A stretch of 64,000 nucleotides of DNA from Mobula birostris. Its lineage: Eukaryota. A program made the position numbers and the translations under genes. This document shows, one piece after another, positions 23,118 to 37,440 of this stretch; the first letter of the stretch is position 1; the number at the start of each line of letters is the position of its first letter. The stretch spans positions 80,734,948 to 80,798,947 of the forward strand of contig NC_092374.1 of NCBI RefSeq assembly GCF_030028105.1, read 5' to 3'. Below the pieces are notes generated by a model, which did not search any database, was not told the DNA's origin, and worked only from the letters and a program-made list of their open reading frames with translations.

Positions 23118-24109
23118 GTACAGAATGCCCTGTGGTCATTGTAGATGGGAGGGGTATTTGCGGTATCATTAATTGTCTGTTAAAAACGTAGGGCACGCCT
23201 GTTCCCTTTTGAGGAACAGTTCATAAGCAAGAAGTGCTGCACTGTGTATGACACTGAGCTGTAGAATAAGAGGGTGGGGAGAGGGGAAAGCCTGCAAGCT
23301 GGCAGGTGATAGGCGGAAGAGGTAAATGGCCAGAGAAGGAATCTGAGAGAGGACAGTGGACCATAAATGAAAGGAAGTGGGAAACCAGGGGGAGGTGATG
23401 GGTTGGTCAAGAGAAGAGAATCAGAATCAGGTTTACTATCAAGGGCAGCAGTTGTGAAATTTGTTGACTTTGCAGCAGCAGTACATTGCAATACATAATA
23501 ATAGCGAGAAAAACGCGAATTACGGTAAGTGTGTGTGTATATGTATGTGTGTATATATATATAAACTAGAAAGATTAAATAAGTAGTACAAAAACAGAAA
23601 CGAAGAAGTAGTGACAAAGTGTTCATCGGTCCAGTGCCCATTCAGGAATTGGATGGCAGAGGGGAAGAAGCTGTTCCTGAATTGTTCAATGTGTGCCTTC
23701 AGGCTTCTGTACCTCCTCCCTGATGGTAGCAATGACAACAAGGCATGTCCTGGGTGAAGGGGGTCCTTAATGATGGATGCCGCCATTTTGAGGCATCACT
23801 CCTTGAAGATGTCCTGGATACTATGGAGGCTGGTGCCCATGACGGAGCTGACTGAGTTCGCAACTCTGCATTTTATTTCAATCCTGTTCAGTAGTATTCC
23901 TCCCGCACCCCCCCCCCCCTTACCAATCAGTAATGCAGCCAGTTAGAATGCTCTCCATGGTACATCTGGAAATTTTTGAGTGTTTTGTAAAAAGGCCACC
24001 AGAATGGGGCAAAAAAAGGGGTTGGGAAATGGGAGTGGTTACCTGAAAGTTAATCAGATTAGAGACTACACAGCTGGGCTATGAGATGAAACACTGATTT
24101 CTCAAACTT

Positions 24110-25140
24110 CTTGTAATTGCTGCCCCCTCTCCTTCACCATTCCCTATTCCCATTTTCCTCTCTCACCTTATCTCCTTACCTGCCCATCGCCTCTCCTTCC
24201 TTTTCTTCCATGACATCTGGCCCTCTCCCATCCGATTCCCCTTTCTCCAGCCCTTTACCTCCTTCACCAATCGACTTTGCAGCTCTTTACATCAACCCGC
24301 CCCCTCTCCCAGTTTCACCAATCACCTGCCACCTGTACTTATTCCTCCCCTCCCCCACCCTCTTACTCTGACTTTTCATCTGTTTTTTCCAGCCCTAATG
24401 AAGGGTCTGGGCCCAAAACATTAACTGTTTAATCTTTTCTATAGATACTGCATGGCCTGCTAAGTACCTCCAGCATTTTTGTGTGTATTTCTTTGATTTC
24501 CAGCATCTGCAGACCTTCTCCTGTTTGGAATATGAGATATTTCTCCTTCAGCTTGAGTTTGGCCTCTTCATGCAGTAGAGGAGGCCGTGGACAGACAAGT
24601 CAATGTGGGAATGGGAACTTGAAATGAAATGGATGGCCTTCAGAGATCCCAGCTGTTGTAGCAGACAGAGCGAAGGTGCTCGATGAAGCAGTGTCCCAAT
24701 CGATGTTTCACTGAGTCTCACTGATGTAGAGAAGCTGCACTGGCAGCATAGGATACGGTAAATGACCCCGACAGACTCACAAGCGAAGTTTTGCCTCACC
24801 TGGTCTGTGTGCGGCCCTGAATGGTGGTGAGGGAGGGGGTGTAAGGGCAAGTGAGTCAGCATTTATGACGGTTGTGGAGATAAGTGCCAGGAGAGAGATC
24901 TGTGGGGAGGGATGGGTGGACAAGGACACAGAGTGATTTCCACCAACCACCCACCCTCCTGCTCTCACCTATCACCTGCCAGCTTGTACTCCCCCCACAC
25001 CTCAACTTTCTTATTCTGACTTCTGCCCCCTTCCTTTCCAGTCCCGAGGAGGGGTCTCGACCTGAAACGTGGACAGTTTATTCTTCTCCATTGATGCTGA
25101 CTGACTTGCTGTGTTCCTCCAGCATTTTGTGGATGTTGAA
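24110..25140. mobile_element. Degenerate PLE fragments in both orientations
   Basis: Minus-strand QVRQNFACESVGVIYRILCCQC GIY-YIG remnant (24548-24862); plus-strand termini with decayed hammerhead motifs at ~24393 and ~25040. Confidence 0.75.
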
Positions 25141-27627
25141 CAGCATTTATGGCCCATAAAGATGCATCTTTGTGAACCACTGCAGTTAGTTTGGTGGACA
25201 ATGCCCTCAGTAATGTTGTGTCTGGGGTGGGGGGTGGTGGGGTTCCTGGATTTGAAACCAATAGCAATTCAGAAACCGGAAGGTCCTCTTCTCTCGCACA
25301 CCCTCCCGACTGGAAGCACACACATTGATGTATCCCAGTCTCAAACTCTCAGAGAGAACACTGTACACTCATGTCTCTCAGTCCACAGGCCAATGTGTAC
25401 TGTCTCTCAGTCTTTCACTCTTGTATCTCAACAATGTCTGGTGTCTCTCATTTCCTTTATCTCAAGGAGATACCCATACACAGACTGGGCTACTTCACAT
25501 ACTGTACATAATGACTCATATCAATGAAGGAGGCTATTTGGCCCGGTGTCTCCATGCTGGATTTTAGGGTAATCTCCCTTCCCATCTGTCAGCCCACAGC
25601 TCTGTAGAACATGTCTGTGTTCGTTATTGGAACTATCTTCCCTTCTGTACAAACTGGCAGTTTGTGAAACACACAATACTGGTGCACAATCAGCAGTGTG
25701 AACTGGAATTTATTATGAGACCAAATCTACCCTCTTCACCGCCCGCCCTTACTCATTTCCATGCTCCAGCTTCCTCTCTTATCAGATCCCACCATCTGCA
25801 GCCCTTTGTCACTTGGATCTATCTCTCATCTCCAACACTCTGTCATTATTTCCACTCTCCCCTCCTCCATCTATCCATCACCCCCTTCACCTGGATCCAC
25901 CCATCAGCTCCCAGCCTCTGTCACTATTCCCTCTCTCCCCTCCTCAACTGCTCATTGCCCCTGCTCACCTGGATCCACCCCTCGCCTGCTGGATCTTGCC
26001 TCACTGTATCTTTCAGTCCAGGGAGACCTCAACTCTGGGAAAACAGGTACAGGGTGTCCACCACATCTCTGCCTCTTGTTTTATTTTAAACTTCTATCAG
26101 TTCTCCCCTCAGTCTCCAGCACTACAGAGAAAAAAACACAAGTTCATCCAACCTGTCCTTATAGCAGATGCTCTCTTATCCAGACAGCATCCCGTCGAAC
26201 CTCTTGTGCATCCTTTCCAAACCTACACATCATTCCTGAAATGGGACCAGAATTGACCAGAATCCTGCAGATACAGCTTAACCAGAGCTTTAAAAAGCTG
26301 CAGTTGTATTTCACCTCAGCTCATCCTTCCCAATTCACATTAAAATGCATCACAGGACACAAAGCACATTCAAGATGAAAAACTAAACAAAAAAAAACTA
26401 GCAGAATCACATCCTGTCATCTTATGCTAAGATATATACATCTAACTTCCTGACTCTTGAACTCAGTGCCTTGCCTAATCAAGGCCAGCATGCCATATAC
26501 CTTATTAACCTCCTTATCGACCTGTGTAGCCACTTTCCCATCCCAGGAGCAATGGGTTTGAACCTTATATCCTTTTGTCCATCGGCACTAAGGGTTTTGC
26601 CATCAGCAGTGCACTGTTCCTTTACATTTGATCTACTTGCACGTGGCTGGGTTAATCTCCATCCACCATTTCTCTGCCTGCATTCAGATTATCTAACAAA
26701 GGATGTGTGATGTCAGAGAGGTTTCAGAAGTGGTTTATGAGAATGATTGGCCTCTGGACCTGTACTCACTGAAATTCAGAAGAATGAGGGTGGATCTCAT
26801 TGAAACCTATTAATGTTGAAAGGCCACGATGGTGGACGTGGAGAGGATATTTTCTTCGGTGGGAGAGTCCAGGACCAGACGGCATAGCCTATGAATAGAG
26901 AGACTCCATTTAGAATGGAGATGAGCAGGAATTTTTTTAGCCAGAGAGTGGTGAATCTGTGGAATTTGTTGCCACAGGTGGCTGTGGAGGCCAAGTCATT
27001 GGGTATATTTAAGGCAGAGGTTGACAGGTTCTTGATTTGTCAGGGCATGAAAGAATACAGGGAGAAGGCAAGAGATTGGGGCTGAGGGGGAAATGGATAA
27101 GGCATAATGAAATGGCTGAGCAGACTTGATGGCCAAATGGCTTAATTTTGCTCCTATATCTTATTGTCATATGGCATCCAAAACACTGCCTACATCTGAG
27201 AACTTAATAACCCACCCATCCATGTTTCCGTCCTAGTCCATTCCATATATTATCGCAAACAGCAGAGGTCTCACTACCAGCTTCTGAGAAATACCACTAG
27301 TCAAGGACACAGAAGGAAACAGTGACAACTGGGGAGATGGCTCAGAGAAAGTGAGAATTAAATCGGGTCAGGCCTTTCCAACTTAGTTGAAAGGAGAGGG
27401 ATGGTTAGAACTGTTGTTTAGTTTACAGAGGGCCAAGAAAGGATGGGACATTGGATTAAAGCCCATAGGAGGAGATAATTGGACTCAACAACTATCTGGA
27501 ACTGGAAGAATAGAAAAGGATTAATTGAAAGTTTTAGACACAAACTCTCTTTGGTGGAAAGTGGTGGAATCCAAAATGAGAATGTGATATCCAATGGTGT
27601 TGTTTTACTTCCCCGGTCACTGGCCAG

Positions 27628-27858
27628 GTATGCAGTGAGGAGACAATTAACGAAATCCTGGAGCGGTACCTGACGTACAACGCTCACGCGGCAAGCTATA
27701 CCTGGAAGTATGATGGAGTGCAGCTGGACATGGACAAGACTCTAGAGGAGAATGGGATCGTGGACGAGGACGAGATGTTCTATGAGCTGCAGATGGAGCC
27801 CGATAACTACCACCAATCCATTCTACTCTATTTCAATGACGACCTTACGGAGCTGTAG
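27628..27858 (+). CDS. CYB5D1: CYB5D1 exon 4 (last coding exon)
   Basis: CCAG| acceptor; encodes [76 protein letters not shown] with the conserved [10 protein letters not shown]-terminus. Total CDS 648 nt = 215 aa. Confidence 0.96.
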   Translation, partial: VCSEETINEILERYLTYNAHAASYTWKYDGVQLDMDKTLEENGIVDEDEMFYELQMEPDNYHQSILLYFNDDLTEL

Positions 27859-27950
27859 GCCTCAGTGACTACAGCAGGCCGGGTATTACCTCTCAACACC
27901 TTTGCCCTGCTTCCTCCCTGTGTTAATTATATAGGAATGTTCTGTTGTTC

Positions 27951-27956
27951 AATAAA
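27951..27956 (+). terminator. Likely CYB5D1 polyadenylation signal
   Basis: AATAAA ~93 nt downstream of the stop codon. Confidence 0.7.
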
Positions 27957-28555
27957 GATGAGCTTTGTCACTAGTCATTCCTTAAGAATGTGCTGTATAG
28001 CTAACTCTCAGATAGTGAGGAATCCTTCTGTGTTACCACTGGCATGGAGGAAAAGAGGAAGCTGGGGGTGAGCGCTCAAGGGAGGAGGTCGAGGCTGACT
28101 GGGGAGAGATGAGGTGGTTCTTATTGAAGCATTAAAACCAGGACAAGCAAGCTTGTTCTCTACCCTATGCTCCCTTCACTTCCTCCTAACCTCCGCCCTC
28201 TGAAGATGCTAAAACGTTTCTTTACTGTATGAGGCCTCCGTAGGTCAGGGTCAACCATGGATGGTGCATCCTAGCTGTCAAATATGCAAGCCAGGTCAGT
28301 ATAATATGGAGAGAAAGCTCCATCTCTCTTCGCGTCTGATGAACCCAAAGGAACGGCAGAGACTGAGGTAGTTTGGCACCAGCGCTCTCATAGGAGTTGC
28401 CAGTCAGCATTAAACTCAATGTAAGACTGCCCTAGGGAGCCCAGCTTCAGACCTATCCGTCAGAGTTTACTCCCGAAACCTCCCCATGCTGCAAGGCAGC
28501 GGAGCTTTGAGACCGCAGCTTCCCTGCTCCTAGATGAGCTGCCAACCACGGCTGG

Positions 28556-30099
28556 TAGTTAGTTAGTTAGTTAGTTAGTCATACTTTATTGATCACGTGG
28601 GAAATTGGTTTTTGTTACAGTTGCACCATAAATAATAAATAGTAATAGAACCATAAATAGTTAAATAGTAATATGTAAATTATGCCAGTAAATTATGAAA
28701 TAAATCCAGGACCAGCCTATCGGCTCAGGGTGTCTGACCCTCCAAGGGAGGAGTTATAAAGTTTGATGGCCACAGGCAGGAATGACTTCCTCTGACGCTC
28801 AGTGCTGCATCTTGGAGGAATGAGTCTTTGGCTGAATGTACTCCTGTGCCCACCCAGTACATTATGTAGTGGATGGGAGACATTGACCAAGATGGCATGC
28901 AACTTGGACAGCATCCTCTTTTCAGACACCACCGTCAGAGAGTCCAGTTCCATCCCCACAACATCACTGGCCTTACGAATGGGTTTGTTGATTCTGTTGG
29001 TGTCTGCTACCCTCAGCCTGCTGCCCCAGCACACAACAGCAAACATGATAGCACTGGCCACCACAGTCTCGTAGAACATCCTCAGCATCGAACGGCAGAT
29101 GTTAAAGGACCTCAGTCTCCTCAGGAAATAGAGACGGCTCTGACCCTTCTTGTAGACATCCTTAGTGTTCTTAGACCAGTCCAGTTTATTGTCAATTCGT
29201 ATCCCCAGGTATTTGTAATCCTCCATGTCCACACTGACCCCCTGGATGGAAACAGTGGGTCACCGGTACCTTAGCTCTCCTCAGGTCTACCACCAGCTCC
29301 TTAGTCTTTTTCACATTAAGCTGCAGATAATTCTGCTCACACCATGTGACAAAGTTTCCTACCGTAGCCCTGTACTCAACCTCATCTCCCTTGCTGATGC
29401 ATCCAACTATGGCAGAGTCATCCGAAAACTTTTGAAGATGACAAGACTCTGTGCAGTAGTTGAAGTCCAAGGTGTAGATGGTGAAGAGAAAGGGAGACAA
29501 TGTCAAATCTGTTAAAGAACAGGTTAAGTTCGTGGGCCCTGTCCACACTGCCTTCAGCTCCCCTGTTGCTAGTTTGCTGAAACCCAGTGATGGTCCTCAT
29601 CCCCCTCCAGACCTCTCTCATGTTGTTCTGCTGGAGTTTCCACTCAAGCTTCCTCCTGTACTTGTCTTTAGCCTCCCTGATCCTGGCTTTCAGGTTCCTC
29701 TGTATTGCCCTCAGCTCCTCCCTATTTCCATCTCTAAACACCCTCTTTTTAGCATTCAGAATGTCCTTAATGTCCTTTGTCACCCATGGCTTGTTATTTG
29801 AATAACAAAGAACATTGCAGTCCACACAGAAGTTAATGTAATCAGTGATGCACTCTGTGAGCCCATCAATATCCTCTCCATGTGGCTCACAGAGTGCCTG
29901 CCAGTCTGTCACATCAAAACAGCCCTGGAGCGCCTCATAAGCCTCCTCCAACCGTTTTCTCACTGTCCTCGAGGTTGCAGGTTTACTCTTCACCAGAGGC
30001 ACGTAGCAGGGTTTTAGATGCACCTTGTGATCTGACCTTCCCAGTGGGGGGAGGGGAGAGGAGCTGTATGCATCCTTAACGTTAATGTACATCAAATCC
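28556..30099 (-). mobile_element. Rex1/Babar LINE, 5'-truncated and internally deleted, inserted into an older repeat
   Basis: LGRSDH, NNKPWVT, LSPFLFTIYT, KFSDDS, LNVKKTKELVVD, YKYLG...RLYFLRRLRSF...SFLPVAIKLYN; 3' end AATAAAG followed by a (CTAA)n tail. The middle of the RT is missing near 29500. Confidence 0.88.
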
Positions 30100-30623
30100 A
30101 TGAGCCCCACCTGGCCAAAGTAACTGATTTTAAGGTGCCAGTAACCCTTCTCCTGTCAGTAGAAACAGTCCCTCCGAGCTTAGTAGCTAAGCCATGTGTG
30201 AAGGCCAGGAGCTGGACATGGTCGTAAGAAGCTATTTGAAGTGCTCACCATTTGGAGCATTTAATAGGTAGTGGGAGCTTGTCCCTGGTTATAACAACCT
30301 TCTTTCATAACAAGATCTATATCAACTGGGGAAGTTGTCCAAAGAAGGACAAGTTGAGTTTCACCTGGACCAAGTGTGAAGTGTTGTGCTTTGGTAACTC
30401 AAACCAGAGCAGTAAATGGCATGGCCCCAGGGAGAGTTGTAGAACAGAGGGAGCCAGGGGTGTAGGTGCCTGGTTCCCTGAAAATAGCGACACAGGTAGA
30501 CAGGGTGGTGAAGAAGGCATTTGGCTCACTTACCTTCATTGGTCAGGGTACTGAGTACAAAGGTTAGGACATCATATATTAAGCAGTAGTAAATCAAGGC
30601 AATTGGACTTGCTGTGTTGTCCA

Positions 30624-30663
30624 GAAGACATTTCGCCACTCATCTGAGACACTTCTTCAGTTC
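30624..30663 (-). ncRNA. Hammerhead-like motif of a second PLE family (degenerate)
   Basis: Minus strand reads GAA-CTGAAGA-AGTGTCTCAGATGAGTGGC-GAAAT-GTC-TTC, with stem I GAA/TTC. Confidence 0.5.
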
Positions 30664-33600
30664 CATGGTGGGTAGTTTTCCGGCTTATAAACTCTGAAAG
30701 TTGTTTAAAGGTATATCAATCATATGAGGGTTGTTAAGAATTGTAGGGATAATGAGAGGGTCACTTTCATGAACCTCCTTTGAACCCTCTCCAATGTCAG
30801 TAAATTCTTTCTTGGATAAGGGGCCCAAAACTGCTCACAATACTGCAAGTGAGAGCTCACCAATGCCTCAACATTACATCCTTGCCTTTATATTCTAGTC
30901 TGAACCCCTAGGTCAGAGTGTGACTGGGATAGGGAATTAATATTGTTCAAAGTACATTTATTATCAAACTCTGTACACTGTATACAACCTTGAGATTTGT
31001 CTTCCTGCAGGCAGCCACAAAATAAAGAAACATAATAGAACCCATTAAAAAAACCCACACAACAAAGAACGTCAAACACCCAATGTGTGAGAAAAGAACA
31101 AATCGTACAAATCATAAAAAAGTAAACAAATAACACATAAAACATGAACCGCAAAGTCCCCAAAAGTGAGTCCAAGTGAAGCCCGATCAGGGAGCCTGAT
31201 CACTTCAGTGCTGAAGTGCCTTGATCAAATTGTGCAAATAATAAAAAAAAAGAACACATGAAACATGAACTGCAGAGTCCCGAAAGTGAGTCCACAGTTG
31301 CAGAGTGCGTTCAGAGCTGTGGCCAGTGAAACCTGCCCAACAACTGCTCTTGAACATGGTGTTGTGGCATGATGATAGTGGCGAGGAGTGGGAGAGCGGT
31401 CAACTGCAGGCAGACAACGTTGAATCTCTCTCTCATCCTCAATAATTTTAATCTCCCTCAACACTTCAATGGTGTGGAGTAATGGAGCTGATAACGGCTT
31501 CGACTTCTGCCATCAGGCATTGATGCAGTGTACACCCCCAGTAATGGCCACACTTTTGAGAGTCTAGTTCACTGAACCCCCCCCTCCCCAGAGATCATAA
31601 AAATGCCAGATTGTTTAGTGGGCTGGAAAGTATATCTTTAGTAGGGAAATTACAGGCTGCTCTTGATCGCAGTTCAGAAGTATATCTAGAAGAAGAGTAT
31701 TTTGTGGTTTTGTGAGCTGCCTGCAACATGTGGCCATTGGTTGTTGGTGCCATCTTGCTAATTTATATGACAGGTAAGAGGAGCTCAGTGTGATCTCAGG
31801 GCCATTCCAAAAAGTAATCACCCAATACACATTTGACATCCCCAGTGTAGAGACCACACAGCAAACACTAAACACAGGACACTAGATTGGAAGAAGTGCA
31901 AGTGGATCATTGCTTCCTTTGGGATGGTGGGGAGGGAAGAGGTGAAAAGACAGGGGTTGTATCACCTGTAGTAGTGAGGGGAAGTGCGGAGAGGAGGAGG
32001 TGATTGATGGGAATGGAAGAGTGAACCAGGTGAAGGCAATGACCCATGTGAAATACTGAAAAGGGGAGGAGAGAGGAAGATGTATTTGGTGGCGGTATCT
32101 CTTTAAAGTTAGAGTAAATCACTGTGAATTTGAAAGGTGGTGTGATGGAAGTGGACGATCTAGGGAACTATTTTTGTTCTTTCCCAGAGTAGAGCAGGGG
32201 CACAGGAAAGAGATGAGATGCCCTCAAGGGCTTTTTTACAATGGTAGAGGTGACCCTGAGCTTCCGGTTGCCTGGTACTTCCACCCTATCTCTGAGCCAG
32301 TGTTTCCAGTTTTTACCCCAGCTATGGTTTTGTTTTTATTTTTTATTTATTTGTAACCCTTAAATCCATGTGAATTAATGAAGCAATTAGATGTAGTTAG
32401 CTGAATTAATTCAGCACAGGAATGTAGGCAGAAGAGTCTATTCCCTTGTGGTAACTGCTCTATATTCTAACCCCTGTGATGGCACCATTTTGGACTTGTA
32501 GGACATCAAGGCAACAGTTGGTTGTGTCCAGGATGGTATTGCGGGACTGGGCTTCTCTGCCATTCAGTAGAACTTAACATGCCCTCTCTCATGATTTAAA
32601 AATAAGATGGGGACGGGCCGGTGGTGGGGGGAGCCGCTGGGGATTCTTACCATTCAGAGAGACCCCGGTGTATTTGTATGTGAACTCCTGAAAGTTAAAG
32701 CACATTAGGAAAGCAAATGGTTTATCAAAGGAGAATTTCAGTGTGAGGTGGGAATCATTTGGCTCCAGTTGGTAAGTCCCTTGGGTTCAGGAAGTTCTGA
32801 GGAAAGGAAGACGGAAGGTCATTGCACACCAGACACCTCACAACCTTGACAGAGTGATGTTTAGCTCCAGTGGTGAGGGGAGTCTATTGTAACTAGAGAT
32901 CAGGCTCTGCTCATGGACTTGTGGCTCTGAACACATACGCTCGGAACACAAAAAACACGCACACACAGACATACACCATACACATGCAAAGTGCATGTAC
33001 GCACACTAACATAAGAAATATTCACGTTAAGCAGACACATAAAGAATGCACGAGTACAAAATGTATGCACACAGGCACCACAGAAAGCATGTGCATTCAC
33101 ATGTACTCACTCACACAAACCAGGCTGGGAGCCCTCCTCTGGTAAGGGCTCAACCATGGATGTTGCATCCTTTTTGCCTATGTTGCAGCACCTTCAACTG
33201 ATACACAAACTAGGGCAGTACAATATGGAGAGCAAGCTGTTGCCCATATTGCAGGCTCCCCATCGCCAAGCATCTGATGAATCCGAAGGAATGGCAGAGG
33301 CTGTTACAATTTGACACTACAGGCACCGTTGCCACTGTCGATGTGATGCGCAAGCCAGGAAGCAGGATATCGAGAGGAAGCTGCTGTCTGTGCAGCACGC
33401 TTCCCTTCTGCACACAGCTGATGGACCAAAGGAATGGCAGAGATCGACACTGACCAGGTAAGGACATCAAATTTCCTTTGATGAAGGTATCAGTGAACCG
33501 GACATGCTTACATTATAATCCATTGCTTTTAGCCATTGACACAATAGTTTTTAATCAGTTTTTAAAACCTTTTCATATTATTAACTTGAATTTAAAGTCA

Positions 33601-33819
33601 CAGGTACCATGGTGTAGTATGACCTGAGGTTTCTGGATTGCTGTCTAATTACTAAGCCAGTAACTTAACCACAGCACTACCAGCATCTGATTAACTTACA
33701 TGTTCAGTGCTTTTTGGCAATTGTGTAAAAGAACTAGTGAATGGCCTAGCACCAGGCACAAAAGTGTTTCATATGGTGAAGGGGTCCCACATCACACCAC
33801 TCCAGTTTCACGGTCATAT

Positions 33820-34370
33820 CTACTTATAATATGGTGTTTGTCCATCACGTCCGACGATGACAGAAAACCTGTGTGGGAGAGTTTTCAAAGTGGAAAAGCC
33901 ATTGTGCTGGGGTAGTTCCACTCTCTCCATCTCAGAAGTCCAGGTCCAGTGGGCACCACAACTGAGGTCTTCCCTGGTTACAGTGGGTTATCATAACTTC
34001 ATCTGTGCCTTGTCATGCCCTTCGCTCTCCGTGACATGTTGCAGTACCACCTTCCCGGTCGTTGGATCTCACTGTAGATCTCATCTGCTCAGTCCGCTGG
34101 AGCTGACTTCACCAGCTAAGACAGGCATGTCCACATCTCACCGGGGTGGGAAACCCACCAGCTACCCTCACCTGGTTTAGCCCCCCTGAAGAAGCAGTGT
34201 ACTGGGGATGTGGCCGCTGTCACATGCAAAACAGTTACTTGGAGCCACAGATGAGAGCCAAGTGTCCGGTGAGGACCAAAAATGAGTGAGCTGCCCAGAA
34301 TGGACATGACAAGCTCCTTCACCAGATGGGCTACCCCTCCCTGGATACCCCATAACACCCTGGTTATGAC
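33820..34370 (-). mobile_element. Non-autonomous repeat, probably RTE-derived (second copy at ~46160-46580 plus)
   Basis: Shared blocks CCAGGGAGGGTAGC..CTGGT.AAGGA and TGGCTCCAAGTA.CTG..TGCATGTGACAG.GGCCACA.CCC.AGTACAC. Confidence 0.5.
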
Positions 34371-35339
34371 AGAGCAGGCCATTTAACCCTTCAAGTCTAC
34401 ACCAGCCATCTCCCACCATTTCCTTGTAACCTATTGCAGATAACCATTCAGTTGATTTAAAACTGAGATACACAGAGGATGGCGAATCAATGGAATTCCG
34501 TGTCTCAGAAAGTCAATGAGATTGGATCACTGAGGTAGATGAATTGTTTGAAAGATTGAACTGACAGAATTAGCTGTTGGATACGGGTATGATTACAGCG
34601 TTTAAAAGTACAGTACATGCATAGGAAAGATTCAGAGCAAGGGTTTCCAGCTTTTTTGATGCCATAGACCAATATCATTAAGTATGGGGTCTGTGGACCC
34701 GATGTCAGGAACTCCTGGTTTAGAAGGATATGGGCCAAACGAGGGCAGGTGGGACTAGATCAGGTAGGCAACTTGCTTAGCAAAGCTGAAGGTCTGTGGT
34801 ACATGGGGATTTGGTGCAGAGGAGGAGTTTGAAGTGCCGAATGGCCTACTCTGCTCAGTCATAGTGTCAGATTTATTACCACCGACTTGTATGTCATGAA
34901 GTTTGCTGTTTTGCAGCAGTAATACTGTGGAAAAACATAAAAATTGCTATAAATTACAAAATAAATACTGTATATAAATGGCATGGAATTCTTTATAGCA
35001 ATGGATGCAGCAAGGAGACAGGTCAACCAAGCCAACTATCAACTACCCAGTACATTCATACTACATTTTTAATAACTATTTATTGTTTTAGAACAGAGGG
35101 TCTGGGGGAGGCAATGTTTCCCCTAATAGCTGCACGGACTAACCATTGCTCTGAGGAGGAAATTTTTACACCATCTGAAAACTGCATGGCACTTTTTTTT
35201 GTAATATGCACACGATGAATATTTAGAATGAAAATTGAAAAATTAAATTTTATTTTATTTATTCATTGATAGGTGTAATGAAATACAGTACAACAAAAAA
35301 AACTTTCATTTTTCATAAACATTTTCCATTTGCATCCAA

Positions 35340-37440
35340 TTCCAGTTGTGTGGCATCAAAGAAGATGCGTGTGGGAGAATTTTAGTTACTGTGCGACAAC
35401 ATATGATATGTGCATGGGAGAATTTCAGTTACTGCGTGACAATAAATGATATATGCGTGGAAGAATTTCAGTTACTGCGCGGTGACAAATGATATGTGTA
35501 CGGGAGAATTTCAGTTACTGAGCGATGACAACGGATATATGCGTGGGAGAATTTCAGTTACTGCGCGGTGACAAATGATATGTGTACAGGAGAATTTCAG
35601 TTACTGTGCAACAACAAATGATATGTGCATGGGAGAATTTCAGTTCCTGTGCAGTGACAACAGATACGTGCATGGGAGAATTTAAATTACTGTACGATGA
35701 CAAATTATATGGGCGTAGGGGAATTTCAGATGCTGCGTGTCAACAAGTGATATGTGCACGGGAATATTCCAGTTACTGTGCAACAACAAATGATATGTGC
35801 ACGGGAGAAATTTCAGTTACTGTGTGACAAGAAATTATATGTACGTGGGAGAATTTCAGTTACTGTGCTGGGAAAATGGATATGTGCACAGGAGAATTTC
35901 AGTTACTGCGCAGTGACAAATGAAATGTGCACGGGAGAATTTCAGTTACTGAGTGACAACAAATAATATGTGCATGGGAGAATTTCAATTACTGCATGAT
36001 GACAAATGATATGTGCACAGGAGAATTTCAGTTACTGCACGACAGCAAATGATATGTACACGGGAGAATTTCAGTTACTGAGCGGTGACAACGGATATGT
36101 GCACAGGAGAATTTCAGTTACTGCGCGACAACAAGTGATATGTGCGTGGGAGAATTTCAGTTACTGAGCGGTGACAACGGATATGTGCACAGGAGAATTT
36201 CAGTTACTGCGCGACAACAAATGATATGTGTGTGGGAGAATTTCAGTTACTGCGCGGTGACAACGGATATGTGCGTGGGAGAATTTCAGTTACCGCATGA
36301 TAATAAATGATATGTGCGTGGGAGAATTTCAGTTACCGCGTGATAATAAATGATATGTGCGTGGGAGAATTTCAGTTACCGCGTGATAATAAATGATATG
36401 TGCGTGGGAGAATTTCAGTTACCGCGTGATAATAAATGATATGTGCGTGGGAGAATTTCAGTTACCGCGTGATAATAAATGATATGTGCGTGGGAGAATT
36501 TCAGTTACCGCGTGATAATAAATGATATGTGCGTGGGAGAATTTCAGTTACCGCGTGATAATACATGATATGTGCGTGGGAGAATTTCAGTTACCGCATG
36601 ACAATACATGATATCTGCGTGGGAGAATTTCAGTTACTGCATGACAACAAATGATATATGCGTGGGAGAATTTCAGTTACTGCATGACAATACATGATAT
36701 CTGCGTGGGAGAATTTCAGTTACTGCGTGGTGACAAATGATATGTGTACGGGAGAATTTCAGTTACTGCATGACAACAAATGATATGTGCGTGGGAGAAT
36801 TTCAGTTACTGCATGACAATACATGATATCTGCGTGGGAGAATTTCAGTTACTGCGTGGTGACAAATGATATGTGCGTGGGAGAATTTCAGTTACTGCAT
36901 GACAACAAATGATATGTGCGTGGGAGAATTTCAGTTACTGCATGACAACAAATGATATGTGCACGGGAGAATTTCAGTTACTGAGCGGTGACAACGGATA
37001 TGTGCGTGGGAGAATTTCAGTTACTGCATGACAATAAATGATATCTGCACGGGAGAATTTCAGTTACTGAGCGGTGACAACGGATATGTGCGTGGGAGAA
37101 TTTCAGTTACTGCGCGGTGACAAATGGTATGTGCACAAGAGAATTTTGGTTACTGCGCCACAATAAACGATATCTGCGTGGGAGAATTTCCCTTACTGCA
37201 TGACAATAAATGATATGTGCGTGGGAGAATTTCAGTTACTGTGCAACAACGAATGACATGTATATGGGAGAATTTCAGTTACTGCGCTGTGATATACGAT
37301 ATGTGTATGGGAGAATTTTAGTTACTGCGTGACAACGAATGATATGTGTATGGGAGAATTTCAGTTACTGTGCTGTGAGAAATGATACATGCATGGGAGA
37401 ATTTCAGTTACTGTGCTGTGAGAAATTATATAGGTGTGAG
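35340..37440 (+). repeat. 43-bp tandem array, ~49 copies; resumes for ~1.5 units at 42263-42335
   Basis: Unit ~TGATATGTGCGTGGGAGAATTTCAGTTACTGCATGACAACAAA, with a nearly constant GGGAGAATTTCAGTTAC core. Confidence 0.97.

Noticed and set aside
27622-27633. Recursive-splice-like CAG|GTATGC at the CYB5D1 exon 4 start
   Set aside because: Explained by a Val codon at the start of a terminal exon; no downstream exon evident.
32930-33120. CA-rich tract giving Thr/His- or Val/Cys-rich ORFs
   Set aside because: Decayed (CA)n low-complexity sequence.
35340-37440. CRISPR-like repeat/spacer appearance of the 43-bp array
   Set aside because: The variable segments are short, mutually homologous and recurrent; there are no cas genes and the context is vertebrate.
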